64,000 bases of DNA from Ruditapes philippinarum (Eukaryota). Shown here in pieces: positions 1 through 14,298 of this stretch. Positions within the stretch are counted from its first letter, which is position 1. Each line of letters opens with the position of its first letter. The notes beneath the pieces were generated by a model, which was given only the letters and a program-made list of their open reading frames with translations, was not told the DNA's origin and made no database searches. A program made the translations under genes and the position numbers. The DNA lies in the NCBI RefSeq assembly GCF_026571515.1, contig NW_026856228.1, positions 124,001 through 188,000 of the forward strand, written 5' to 3'.

Positions 1-105
1 TTTCCACATTTTTTAAGAAATGATTGTATTAGTTTGTAAATATGAAGCAAAAGACAAATTGGTAAAAAGGAAACATTCGACATCTTGTGCTATTTCCCTT
101 TTCAG

Positions 106-3100
106 CGTAGTGTGCTCAATATTTCTTGCTATAATAGTAATTGCGACTATATATGACCTGGTCATCCAAATCTTGCTGCCTTACATCTCCCAGAATTACA
201 ACGTAGAGGTATCAGTCTGATCATATTATAATTCAATTATTGTTCGTTAAAATGTAACACAAAGTTTGATATTAAGTTAACCGTTAAATATTTTCCATAA
301 AGTTCTAGACTAAGTATGACATTTTACAAAGCATATTCTATTTAGGGAATGATTTTCAAATTGGATTGTTTCATATTGCAGTATGTCTGAAAATATTGAT
401 AAAACTAACTATGTACTATGGAAATATAGCTTTAATAAGTTTACTTTACAGCCAAGCAATGACATGTATGGAACTTTCAATGCGAAATATACAAATGGTC
501 ACATACATGCATCGAATGGTCACGCTCGGAATGGTGACGTCATTTCCGATAAAACTCCATTAAATCGTAACTACGAGCATACAGTCACCACAAAGGATTA
601 TGACGAGGATTCAGGTGTAAAATATAAACCCGGTAATAGTTTAGTTTCAAACTATTTATTTTTATTGTTTTGTAATAGTATGTTTGAATGTACAATAGTC
701 AAAGTTTGTAGGCCTTGGTGATATATTACAAAGCACATGAATGATATATATCATTCATAAGTGTACTTCAACGCAAGAAACATTGATAGTTATTTCCATT
801 CTTACTTGCTAATAGAAGGAAAATTGACAAAAATGATGAACTACATGAAGCAGCAAAATAATTTTCTTGACGTCACATCTGACGTCATACGGCTTGTGCG
901 CATTCCCGTTATGAACCGTGAAAGAATGTTGTGTAATAATGCGCATGACCGCATTTTATGCTACACAGGAAGACCCTGTGAAATTTGTTTGAATGTCCTA
1001 TTAAATGGCAATTTCTGTAAATTCAAAAGTTAAATCTTGCTAAATTTTGCTAAATTTAGAAATTATTTCGTTTCCTTTCATTATATCAATCTTTGATAAA
1101 GTTTTTAATGTCTACGCCATGAATGTTTGTGAATGTATACAACGTTATATGTTGGAAGTTATAGAGTACATTAAATAATGTTCAACTCCCTTTTGGCAAT
1201 AGTTTTGCTTATTGTATAGACATATACATAATTATATATAATTGATATTTAATTATTAAGTATTAATTATTTAGAATAAAGCATGGGGTTTCAAATCCTT
1301 TTTCATCCTTGTGTCTAAGGGGTACCTGCAGAAACAACAATCAACTGTAAAGTCCTTCTTATATGATTATTTAAAAAATTAATAGTTATTAAAACATATG
1401 AATTTTTTGTCCATGGACCGGGATTTGAGCAATAAATCCTTTCGATTAACAGCTAAAAGTAAATCCGCATTCAAGAACTCCTTTCGATTTCTATATTGGT
1501 TTCCCCGTCGGTGATTTGCAGCATGTCATATTAATGAATGAGAACTGGAAAGCAGTTCTGCTGTTACATAAATTCGAAAGCTATAAATAGCTATAAATGT
1601 TTTGATTTTTGACACTTATAAATTTGTTATTTCCCTTTTTAGTAGTACATGAAATTATAATTTGTTACATTTTGAAATACATTTACTCACAGCATATCAA
1701 GTATACTATTAGTGATTGAATTTGATGATTCCAGGCAAAAGATTTTAACAATTTTGCTTTTGATAATTATTTTTAATTTCTATTTATGAAATTTAATGTT
1801 TAATAATAACATGATGATATATTGGTTAAAAGGATTTTGCCATTCATGAAATGTGCATAAAACTTTGCAACAGAATGTTTTTGGTCTTCAGAAATGTAGC
1901 ACATTCAAGGTTAATATTCTTATTGTTATCATTTTTATTTTTTTTATAATTGCCCTTAAAATATAAACCTGGAAGTGTATTTTCAAATGGTTCATCATTT
2001 TACAATAGGAGCTTTGTTGTTATATGAATTTTGGCCTACTTTTACTTTGGACAGACTTTTGTTAAAACAAACATGGCTGACAAAGCGGAATCACCTTAAG
2101 CATAGGCTATAGATAGATATCATGACAACAAAAGAAACTTTGATCTGCAGTTTGAACATGAAGTGTAATGATTTTTATGAATGGTTTTAAAGCATTTCAA
2201 CAAAAAAATATATATTGATCTCCCTAAAAATTAATTAACAATAGTTTTTTTTATATATATTACCAATGTCAAATAGCTTTCATATCTTTGTCTCGCACGA
2301 ATATGATATTAGTGAATTTCCTAATACCTACCTAAAATTCAGGTAACAGTCTTCTATTATATTGATAAATAATGTATCACCATATAACGCGTGTATAACA
2401 AACAAAAAAAATCCTGAATTTGGTCTTTTGGAAATTCATCCCATTTTTTCATTCCAGAGTGTGTTCTACTTTCAGTATTGAAAGAAACCATTTTTTTAAT
2501 TTGACATGAAAAATATTCATGTAATATTACTATATTATAATATTAGTCCCTTTTGTTATTATTGTGTATTTGTTACAATTATAACAGACTTTGATATTTC
2601 TAGCATCTATCTTCTGTTACTGAAACAGAACACAGTACAGTCATGTCACATAACATTTACAAGTCTTGTAAGTCTTGTTTGTATTCAATGAAATTACTTT
2701 CCTTACCAGGTAGGCATCAGTGAAAGCATTTTTTAAATTAAATATTTTCCCCCTCTTTTTAATTATGGACAGTGCATAAGATAAGTATAATTATGCAAAA
2801 AATGGTTTACAAAACATTCGGAAAAAATCTACAATAGTACTTAATCTGAATATAACATGACCTGTGCGTAGGAATAATTTGGTAAGGTATCTATAATGAG
2901 CGCATTTTTTTTTGCGCGGAGCTTCACAATTGCTGCATTGCAGCAACATTTGTACTTGTATGATAGATAGATTTCTATAATTTAAAATTTGACGTTTCTA
3001 GGACTACCTGGAAAACTGCTGCTGTCATTTTCTGCTTATACAAACGCCTCGAAAATATTAAACACGGATCAAGCGTCTGGAATATTAACAAGCGTTAATG

Positions 3101-6100
3101 GGATAAGATTCATCAGCATGACTTGGGTTGTTCTGGGTCATTCATACGCTTTTGGCCTGGGTGTTATTGGTATGTGATTTTCATAATATTTGTAATTGTA
3201 TTTATAGATATAAATGTCATTTAATAGCTATCATGAAAGTAACTTCACTGAGGTCTAAAAAGCCTAAAAACATAAATTTTGAATTTCTTTCACAGTTTAA
3301 CTTGGGAACATAAATCAGAAATATAAAATAAAAATATACAAAAGCAATTATAATTATACTTTTAAATTTTTTTTGTCGTAAAATGTATAATTGCGTTATT
3401 TGAACGACCTCTATTGTATTGATAATGTATATTTATTTATTGACATTGTTTATTTTCAGACAACATTTACACATTCCTTCCTTCAGTCCTGAAGAGGTTT
3501 TCTTTCCAGGTAATATCAAATGCTACGGTGGCTGTGGATACATTTTTCGTATTAAGGTGAATTGTCGTCTGCTTTAAATATTGTTATGTAACATATACAT
3601 GTAACGTGCTTGTAAAAGATAAAGACAATCTAAAATATCATATACACGGACCCATGTATTTCTTGGCTATATGCATACATTTTTTTTAAAAAGTAAAATA
3701 ATTTGTTTGTTAAAAAATTAAGGAAAATGGGTACAACTCTTTATGTTTTCCAAATTTAATGTGTATTCTTCGTCTTTAATTAGATACGTGAACCAAATGA
3801 TATCTAGTATAGATCGTAAATAGAAAAACAAAATTAACTGGTAGAGGAGTTCCACTGAGGTAAAAAAAGCCTGAAAACATACAAGTAATTTGAATTTCAT
3901 ACATATATCAAATAAAGCACTAAAACCGATAATTCTACAAAGAATAAGAAAAAAAAAATACTCAGAACTATATTGAATATCGATTTGATTGTGCAATTTT
4001 TAGCATAATTTGGGTGACAAATATTAAACGCTTGTAATTTTTTGGGTCATTTTCGACAAGAAATATGATTTTTCTGGTAAAGAAACGGGGTTAAGGAATG
4101 AATGATACGAACAATACATCACAAAAGTTGTTAGTCCAGGCCTGCATCAAAAGGTTCACAAATATCGGAAAAATATCTCTCATCATATCAAAAGTCCTAA
4201 ATGGGGTCCCTTAAAATACAAAATACACGCTGAAGAACACTGTTTATATATTCATTTGCATAGCAATATACAATGGTAGGAAAAGATGTCATCGTGCACC
4301 TGCAAAATGCTTCCAAACGTGTCCTTTCATAATATACCACCCGCTTACTGTGATGTTTTTTTTTCTTTCATTTTTTACATTACTATATGATTAATCGTAT
4401 GTTCATCTACAAACAGCGGATTGTTGGTCGCTTACCTTACACTAAGAGAGATGAAGAAGAAAAATGGTGCCAAAAAGTTCAACTGGGGAATGTTTTACTT
4501 CCATAGATTTTGGAGGTATGTCATTGATGCATGTATTAAATAACATAATTGATAAATTTGTCTAAAATGTATTATTTTCATGTAAGCAGTTGTTTAACTC
4601 GGTAACATTTTAAGGCTTTCGAAAAAAGTTTTAATTAAAATAGATCTTTGTACCACAGCTCAGATTTGGAAATAATATGAAATATTAACGAGTTTTAATG
4701 ATTTTTTCTAGGTTGACGCCACCCTATATGCTCTTTTTGATGCTATATGTGCCTACTATACGCTACTGGACCATGGGACCTCTTTGGCCACAGACGCCTG
4801 GGTTTGAAGTAGATGAATGCAGAGACTCCTGGTGGAAAAATATTCTCTACATTAATAATCTCGTAGAACCGAAGACAATGGTATGCTTTATCAACTCGCA
4901 CATTCATTCCAAAGATTGCTAAATAAAATCTCATTTATTTATTCCATAAAACGCTACATCAAATCACACGCTCATACCATAGATTGTTATATTAAGTCGC
5001 GTTTTTTTTTTCATATAAAAAATTGCGAAATGAAATCACAAGTTAATTCAACAGATTGCTTTATCAAATAACATACTTTCTATAGAGATTATAGAATTAA
5101 TAATTTTTCAATCATCCAAATTTTAGATACTCCTGCTTAATCAAACATTTTAATTTTATGTTCCTGCCTGTAAGTCTTTGAAAAAAGATATAGAAGACGA
5201 AAAAACGTTTCTAACATGAATAACGTTTATATAGCCCTTGTATTTTTTTTTATTTCAAAGGAAGAAAAAAAGTGTTGTTTGATAACTTGCTACCAGCATG
5301 AATATATAAACTAAAGAAAATAAAAGATATTAATTATTTTATTGATTCTTACCTCTCACTTATTTGCTACTTTAATGTGACTACACAAGTTCAAAAGGTT
5401 AAATGCATAGTTTAAAGCTGTATGCCTTCAGATGAGCAAACTATTTCAAGAAAAACTTGAGAAAAATGTACTACGCTTTTCAGAAAAGTTAAAACAAAAC
5501 TCACGACCTAAGTAATAATTAAAATTTTATGTCCGATTAATGATCGATTTTTCACCTTTTTTTTAACATGACTAACACCGTTAGGGCGATTGTGGTATAT
5601 TTGGACCTGTTTTGGTAATTCAAGTGGACTTTTGTAATATGTAAACTACTATCTTTGCTCACTTACAATGTTTTATTTGTTTTATACATTTCCATTTTTA
5701 TTTATGAAAATAAGCATGCATCTGCAGGCATCTGCTTCAAAATAAGTATTTGCATGTAATTCAATATATGAGTAAATATCGTTGAAGATAAGATTTATAA
5801 TACAAAATACTTAAAATTATTTCAGTAATACAGGACAAGAAGTAATTGGTCATTTTGTGTTATTTTTCAGTGTATGGCATGGAGCTGGTACCTAGCTAAC
5901 GACATGCAGTTTTATATCTTATCTCCACTGATGCTGGTTCCACTTTACTAGTAATTATATCACTTATATTATCCTCATTACTAACATATTTCGCTCGTGT
6001 AATTTCGACTTATACTGTCGATTTCTATCAAAGACTGAGCTTTACATGTTATTTTAGTTACAGTTTCTTTACAGTGCATATAAGATACTTAAGAATGTAC

Positions 6101-9064
6101 GCTTACGATCACGTAATACTTACTATTATTCCATTCCCTGTGGGCATGGACGACAACTTGCACTTACCGCTGCCGTTCACGATAAAGCTCAAACAAACCT
6201 GGTCTGCATTTATTTTCAGTAACGCCCTGACGGGCGATCATAAGGTACTCCACATTTACTTTTTAAACCTGTTTCGAATTGAAACCGCAGAAAGTATTTT
6301 TAGTTGTTAACTGAGATTTTGTTTAATTACAGTTCAAAGATTTGGGGGAGTGTTACATGTTTGGTGCTCGTGTTACTTAATTTCATCACAACAGGTGTTA
6401 TTTCTAAGCATAACAATCTTAGCTCAAATATGATTTTAGGGTAAGTATTTTTTAAGAACCAAAATTTACCATTATACTATAACAAACAACACATGATCTT
6501 ACTTAGTGTATTAAGCAAAATTGCTTATGGTGAGTAGTTTCATGTAACTGAATGCAACAATGCTGTAATTATAAGTCTATATATTGTACATCCTAAAATC
6601 TAGAGCATCGTATTTTTGCAATCGATTATCAAACAAGGCAAAATTAATGTCAGGGATATATATTCACTTTTAATTAATGAATGATGAAAAATCGAAAGTA
6701 CGATGGTGAAAATTCGAAACAACGAAACCACAATCATTATGGTGAGTTAAAAACACAAAATTTTGAATTTTTTTTCAAGCTGCATAAGCTTGGTTTTAAA
6801 AAAAAGATTTATGAGAAAGGCCATTTCTCCAGGCTTCAGTTTTATAAGGTCTGGAAAAAAAAGTGAAAACATTTCTGATTAATGACTCCGACTTCCGATC
6901 TTAAGGTTATCCTGTCTTGATTAATATCTTCTAGAAATGTTAAGAAGTTCAGGATTGTTGGAAATCAGCGGTGCAAGAAAACCATTTAAAAGAATAAAAA
7001 AGTTGTTATAATAGTGTTATGTTGTTTGTTTCAGATTATTAACATGTTAGGTTGGGCATTAGCAACTGCTGCAGCACTACTAGTCCTGTATGGTCTCTAT
7101 GATCCCGACGGTAATGATAACCTCAGTGGAGATGTGGCGGCACTATATAATGCCACGGGTAGGACTGCATGGGGAATGGCTGTGGCGTGGGTAATATTTG
7201 CGTGCGCAACCGGATATGGAGGTTGGTTGGATGGTTAGAAATAGATTTCCACAGTAATGTCATTGTCGAACATTGCATTATAATTATAGATATAGTAAAA
7301 TAATCACGCCCTTATTGATACAAATGTTACAAATTAAGGTACTTTTTACGTTAAAGAAAGATAGATACCTGTTTTATTTACCTCATAAAGGTGAGAGTTG
7401 ACATAAATACAAAAAAACTCTGAAAATGTCCATTAAATTGGTGCCAGTTTTGGTGTGACAGAATCCTGAACATAAAATGATTTAGTAAGAAAACATTGAA
7501 ACACTCTACCAATGTCATCTCACGAAGAATGTTCATAATGTAATATATTTATACACATAATGTAACAAACCATTCTCCTTTTTGCGACTGCTATATAAAT
7601 TGTTGTAGTACTGGGACAATATAATATTATATTTTCTTTCTGAAAATAAATTTTTGGTGTTTGGTTGTTCGGGTGAACAAGAATAATATTTAAGGAAACT
7701 ACATATTAATGTTTAGTATTAAAGGAAATATAAAACATTACCAAAATAATAATTCTTTGAAAATTGATCTTTTCGTTTTCTTGATACAGGTCCAGTCAAT
7801 GCACTACTTTCCTGGCGCGCAATAATACCTTTAAGCCGCCTTACTTACTGTGCCTATTTAGTCCATCCTGTGATAATGTACACATACTACTATAGTCGGA
7901 GGACTCTTTTGGTGGCGTACGATCTGGAGTTTGTAAGTAAATAATTATTGTGTTATAAACATATAAAAAAAGTTTAATCTAGGCATTGTTGTTGTTGTTA
8001 CATCAATAAAACCTTAAAGTACGCCTACAGAAAACATCGCAAGTATTATTCAGTGATTTCAACCGATAAAATTGATTGCACATTGAAACAAATCGCGCTT
8101 TCCAAACTTAAAGTCGGCCGCAAAGAATTTAAGTCAGTTTTCTTATTTGGAATAAATTTTTCACGAGCCATTCTGAAAAGACAGTTTCGGATAGCGACCG
8201 AAACAATATCATATCATAATATTGTTTTGTGATACATAAATATTGTATTGATTTGTATTGATATTGTTTTGTTTTAAATCAATACTACTAGTTCGTCTTA
8301 TTGGAAGAAAATTTTAACTGTTAAGATCGTTGCCACGTCGTCTTCATTGTCATTGTGTGAAAATTTAAATGTAGCCCATTACTCAAATAGTTTTGAAAGG
8401 TATCAATATGAAACTTTGGATGCTTCCTTATAATGACAATAAGCAGTTGAAAGACGAGGGGCAGTGTTTTGAAAACTATGCAGTTAGTTGCCTGTTTTTC
8501 TCTTGTTTTTTTTTCTTCAAATTAACTATCAAGTAGAATGATTACAAAACAACAAGAAACTATACGTGTTAGACAAGTGGCATTACTTTACTTTTTTTTG
8601 GAATTATGCACATTTTACCTTAGATATTTTGTCAAATTTGCATATAATAAATAGGATGATTTCAAAACATTCAATCAATGTGATCAACTTTAAAATTGTA
8701 ATACTTGATTATATTGACAAAGTGCAATTGTAAGACGCGATACGATATTCAGAAAGCAATACTTTAAGGAGTTATTCCTCTTAAAAATATCTAAAAAAAA
8801 TGGGTTTTGACAGTGGGTGCCCTTAACAGACGAGCGTTAACATACCAGCCAATACTCTAGTTGTTAAATACATTATACTATATATTGCATTTAATTTGAT
8901 AATAAAATCAACTGATTTCTTTTTCTATATTTATCTTTCAGTCTTATTTGTTCATGGCTAACCTGTGTTTAACCTATGGATTCGCTTTCATCATTTCACT
9001 GGCATTTGAATCACCAATGATGGGTTTAGAGAAAGTGTTGATAGGTCGAGGAAAGAACAGCTAG
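106..9064 (+). CDS. NRF-6 (nose resistant to fluoxetine 6)/O-acyltransferase-like multipass membrane protein, acyltransferase-3 family; 5' part lies outside the window, one internal exon apparently missing
   Basis: GT-AG exons at 106-208, 452-632, 3002-3169, 3460-3556, 4417-4515, 4712-4880, 5871-5950, 6333-6440, 7035-7221, 7790-7932, 8942-9064 (TAG). Family motifs: SFSAYTN, NGIRFISMTWVVLGH, VDTFFVLSGLL, FYFHRFWRLTP, WWKNILYINN, WSWYLANDMQFY, PLSRLTYCAYLVHP, FESPMMGLEK. Phases agree at every junction except 6440/7035. Confidence 0.92.
8330..8862 (-). repeat. Degenerate Helentron/pearl-like element with internal tandem units, in the last NRF-6-like intron
   Basis: Ends in ACTCTAGTT (reverse complement AACTAGAGT), like the start of the 45378 element. 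Internal diverged repeat units. Confidence 0.4.
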
Positions 9065-9376
9065 ACGTCATTGTTAAGGCGTTTATTGTTATAACTATTT
9101 TAAGTCTGAACTTTTTAATCATAAATCATAAAGTTACGACAAGCAGTTACTAAGCTGCACCATTGTTTCTTTTTTTTTAATTTTCATTACAGTACTACAA
9201 AAAATCAATTGCATTGTTAGCTATGCTATTATCTATATTTCTTGAAACACAATATAAAATGTAAAATTCAGTTATCAGTGCAGACACTGTTACCCTCGGA
9301 ATCATTTTCTTAATTATGGAGAAAAGTTCTGAATATGAGATGGTCGTTCGATCCTTTTAATTGTTTATGTTTTGTT

Positions 9377-9382
9377 AATAAA
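9377..9382 (+). promoter_or_regulatory. Candidate polyadenylation signal of the NRF-6-like gene
   Basis: AATAAA about 310 nt after the stop, followed by GT/T-rich sequence. Confidence 0.45.
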
Positions 9383-10651
9383 ACGTATTCAAAGTGGTTT
9401 TGTCACTGTTTTATTTATTGAATTATCTATTGTTAATGAATGAATGTCCTGCGTACCATTTTTATATATTTTTTCAAATGAGGTATGCAGTTTTGATACG
9501 ATAGTCCAAGACTTGTCCGTACATCTCTTTTCAGTCTGTATGTCCATATGTTTATGTCCATATACCTTATCTGTCCTGTATACCTGTCATTTTCATTCGG
9601 CGATAACATTAGCCTTTTGGAAGCATCTACCTATTATTTTGTTTGTCTGTCTGTGTTTGTCTGACTGCATATATGTATTTTTGTTTGTTATTATTCCTTA
9701 CTAAATGTAATGGAAATAACGATACATCAAAGCATATTAGTACCATGGCTCTCAACGAGCAGATAACTTCTATTGTTTTGAGGTTAATGATTAAAATTAC
9801 TATGAGTGTTTGATAAGTTTCTTATCAAAGGTGCTTATTTAAACACCTTTCAGAGTTCATATCGATGACAACATGACCATGGAGAAAATAGCACTGTCTC
9901 GAGATATTACATTTTTGTTTATTTTGCTTATTTGGGGTACAATTCAAAGTAGTGCATTTTTCGCCATATCAAGCACCCATAATTCACCGAATGAAGCACC
10001 ACTGTGGTGCACTATTCGAAAGTATCCGTTTAGGAATGTGACAATGGCAATTTGTCTTCTGTCGCAGATTCAAAGATTAGGTGTTATAAGTTTCCGGTCA
10101 TTTGCGGACGCTCTGTTGCACTTAATTTTTATATAATTCTAATATATGAACTATAACATAAACTAAAAAACTGTGAGAAAAAGTAACGGTTTTAAATTTA
10201 AGCCTGCCCTGTGATTTCAGATTTTGTTAAATTTTAAACCACGTATAATGACAATACGTTCTAGTGAGAAATCAATCTTGTGCATGCTATGTTATGCCAC
10301 ATAAAGGACTTGGCACCCGACAAATGACTAAATTTGCAACGTATATAGCTCTCTCCCTGCAAAATGAAGTTGTTAACATCGAAATAGGGCTACCAATAGT
10401 TTGCGATGTTGTAACCGCATGGATGTGGCTATATACTTCCGACTGCAAATTTGTTTTGAGAAAACGGAATTTTAGTTATCAAAAATAATTTTTAATGGAG
10501 TTTATACCCATTTTTAAACATATGTCTGCAGCATATTTTATTTCAATGATCAATATTAAGATTAAGAGCTCTTGTCACATAAATACAACTGACAATTATA
10601 TATGCCACCCACAGCTTTCGCTGTTTAGTATGTCGTGTATATTATACTTAA

Positions 10652-11689
10652 GGACAATGAAAACGCACGCCCGCACTATATGCATTTTATTACATGAAAA
10701 CAAAACACTAACGACTCTATTAGATATATATCATAACTTTAATACAAAACGCAAACTTAACAACTGAAAATAATTCAAAATGTTTAAAATCAAATGAACA
10801 CCAGTAAATCGAAGAACCTAAGGTGAAAATCCCAAAATCACACTTTTTCATGACAGTAATGCAAACTTAACAAAGGTATAAAAACCAAACTGAAAATCCA
10901 AAACAAAGTCCCTCAAAAATGTCTATTCGTAATGTCACCGTCGGGATCTTTAGAAACAACAATGTCCTCCATCATCGTATCTTACAGATGTACATCGTCG
11001 CCTCATAGACCGTACGGTGCGGATAGTCGCCTGTGAAATATGACGTCATTCGGCCTGTAGTTTAGTGCGAAAACGCTGGTGAAGCCGAGAAAATGTAGAC
11101 CGATGGACACCAAAATGGTTGGCGCTTTGTTTGTAAGACAGACCAGACTGAATTTGTCCCTAAATCTACCAAGCGGTTATATCTTTGTAGAAACATTGCA
11201 TACAATTTGCTAGCAAGTCTTCAGAAGTGTTTAAAATTTAGCACCTTCTATAGAGGAAAAGTGTGTATAAGCAATTTCTATGTGAGCTTTAACGATTCCT
11301 AAAACTGACCATTGGCATAGTTTAATATTCATTTTCATAAAGATTTTAATTGCTTATTTGTGTCTAACATTTCTAGAAAGTTGTGAAAAACAAGTTAATA
11401 ATCAGCAGTTTAAAAAAATAAAATAATTTCATTTCATAAAGTAACCATGAATTGGTTCAATTTGTTTTCCGTTGTGATCTTATCACAATTAGCCAAAAGT
11501 GTTACTTTTGATTTTTCGGGTACTGTCTTTATTATGCAATAACTTCATTAAAATGCAATCATTTTTCATAACTTTGGTATCAAAATGACCGGAATGTATT
11601 CGGTTTTATGAAACTGTGAACAAATATTTAAAAGAAATATATTTTCCTTGTTAAAATGCAATTATCCCGACCGTGCGTTTTCATTGTCC
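10652..11689. mobile_element. Non-autonomous Kolobok-like DNA transposon (MITE)
   Basis: 18-bp perfect TIR GGACAATGAAAACGCACG / CGTGCGTTTTCATTGTCC, flanked by TTAA at 10648-51 and 11690-93. RR termini plus a TTAA TSD fit Kolobok rather than piggyBac (CC termini). Confidence 0.8.
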
Positions 11690-12859
11690 TTAAGTATATA
11701 TTGTTTAGGTTTTTGTTGTTTATTAAATGATAAAAAAAATTAAAAAAAAAAAAACAAGAAAAAAAAAACAACATATAAATAATATACCAGAAATTCAAAA
11801 GCAGGGAGTATAAGTTTAAAGGAAAATTAAAATGCTATTCTTACAAATAATTTTCTTCTTTGTTATTACCTCCCTAAACATTTATAACATCAATACTCAC
11901 ATAAACATCCATCTTACATTCATTATTTGTACAAAACTGATAATTCTACGTTTACAAATTGATGATACGTGCTCTGCATGCTGTATGTTGAAGGGAAAGA
12001 CTTTTAAAACATGCATACTTTATAAATCTGTAAACATGTAAACTGTGCGAAACCTAACCATCCCGATCAACTCACTCGGTTCAGCAATTTTCAATATCAG
12101 TGAAATGATTTATAGAACAACTGCAGGGTTCTTCTATGTAATGATACAAGCTTAATAACTATGATCTGACCCCTGGGACAGGACAGGGTCAAAATTACCC
12201 CTTGAGCATGATTTATATAAATTGTGTAGATGTCAACAAGGCACGCTTCATACAAAATATCTATGCTTTAACATAAATATAATATTTCGGGCATATGAAA
12301 ATGTGCTCTTATTACCTCCCTTGATTTAAAGCTTATACAATTCAGCAATTTAAACATGCAGTGATAGTCATGGTTTGAATTTTCTTCCTTTGAATATTTT
12401 CTTTTTGTTTAATGTATAATAAAACAGGTACAGCCACTTTATTTCAGCCCTTCAACCCATATCAGTCTTTCAAAAAGAGAAACACTGTCCACAATATTGC
12501 AAAATGGAGGTAGCTTACAACTGCCGGTACGATACTTCAGACATCATTCTTGTCAAAAGTTTTGATAAATTGCCTAAATAAAACTTTATATGCATCATTT
12601 ACAACTTATTGATATTAAGTGAATTTTCATATTTTAAGAAACATCAGTTTCAATTAATAAGATTGTCTTATTTTAAAATATAATTAAATCATATAAACCA
12701 ATCTCATCTCCTCAATCATTATAATCTAAACGGTAAAAATCTAAACATATAAGTTGGATAACAAAAATGCATTATAAAGTAACAGATTTTGGGAAATAAA
12801 GGGAGGTTACATCTATATAATTCATTGTGATCTCCCTTTGTAATAAATACACTTATATA

Positions 12860-13600
12860 AGGATTTTGAATGAGTCAGTGTGACCTTGATCTTTACCCGA
12901 AGTAGCTCAAATCTGTGCTCTGCACATCGTCGTATTATAGTTCACTTTGCTGCCAAGAAGTTTCATTTTTTTCCACCGACTCCAAAGATACAGACCGGAC
13001 ACGAACATTCGTAATATATAAGTCTATATAAATCAATTTATCACCGTGAAGGGGCCAATTTTGATCTTTGGAAGTCCAAACTTGTGTTCTACACACCGTC
13101 TCAATATAAGTAATATTAATGCCAAAAAGTTTTAATTTCTTTCTATTGTTCAAAATTTTTATTTTGATACAAAATGACTTAGTGTGACCTTGATCTGAGA
13201 AAGGTAAAATCTGCACTCTGCACATCGTCTCATTATGGTTAACAATTCTGCCAAGTAGTTTGAATTTCCCTCCGTCGGATCAAAAGATACAGACCGGACA
13301 CCAAAACTCCTATATAAGGCCATTTAAATCAATAAATCCCCTGGGTTGGGCCAATTTTGATCTTACAAAGTCCGAACTTGTGTTCTACACACCATCATAA
13401 TATATGTAATATTTCTGCCATTTTTTTTTAAAATTTCTTACTATCGGGTCAAAAGATACAGAGCGGACACAAAATTTTGATATTATAGAAAATGACTTAG
13501 TGCGACCTTGATCTTGATCTAAGAAAGATCAATCCTCACTCTGCACATTGCCTCATTATCGTTAGCAATGCTGCGAAGTTATTTCAATTTTATAACTGTT
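12860..13600 (+). repeat. Tandem array of alternating ~150-bp monomers (~305-320-bp dimer), TGACCTTGA-type bivalve repeat
   Basis: GACCTTGATC...CTGCACAT units near 12880, 13185 and 13504 alternate with GGCCAATTTTGATCTT...TTCTACACACC units near 13053 and 13350. AAAGATACAGA(C/G)CGGACAC recurs near 12984, 13283 and 13452. Confidence 0.75.
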
Positions 13601-14298
13601 GTTAAATGCAAAGAAGTGTTTGTATGCAATTTTCTTCTCTAGTGAAGGTGTTCTTGTGCCAGTGAAATAAGGCAATGGTTTTGCCGAAAGGATAATTAAG
13701 ATATAGTTTTGAAGAAATGAACAAAACTTTCAAACAGAGAAAATACAGATACCTAAAAGAACGCTCAAACGGCAAAACCTAAAACGGTCGGTTTGTTTAA
13801 ATTGGTAAATTGCAGGCTACCGACCACTACCCCATAACACAGGCTTTAACCTCAATCATCCGATCAGACTACCGGATGCAAATCAACCCTCTTACTACAT
13901 TGTTTTATCAGTAATAAACGACGTCCAGCAATCCTGAGAGTCAGTCGTGAAGCAGACGATGGGTTTTTACACAAAAATAAATCTACCTTTATGAATCACA
14001 TGTCTGCATGCTGACTTTACTGCATTTCTCTCAAAGAGTGAACATAATTTAGCAACGCTGTATGTTTTCCGTTTTAGGACTAGTTTTAACTGTTCTCCTT
14101 GGAAGTCAAAGGGTCATTTATATCCTTCTATGATGTCACTTATCTTACATGTTCATTCCAGTCCAGTATTGCAATGTTTGCTCTTAACCTGTATACTTTT
14201 TCAGAAAAGTTTATTCGTTATCATGATTTTATTGCAACAATGAATTATTGAAACTCTCTACATAATATATATCCGTGCAATATACATATCATTTGCAG

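Noticed and set aside
1956-2010. Possible decayed duplicate of the end of NRF-6-like exon 452-632 (TAAAATATAAACC.GG)
   Set aside because: A short AT-rich match that could be chance.
13810-13960. Weak resemblance to a piggyBac transposase N-terminus (LPDANQPSYY...ESVVKQT)
   Set aside because: Too short and degenerate, with no TIR or catalytic motifs.
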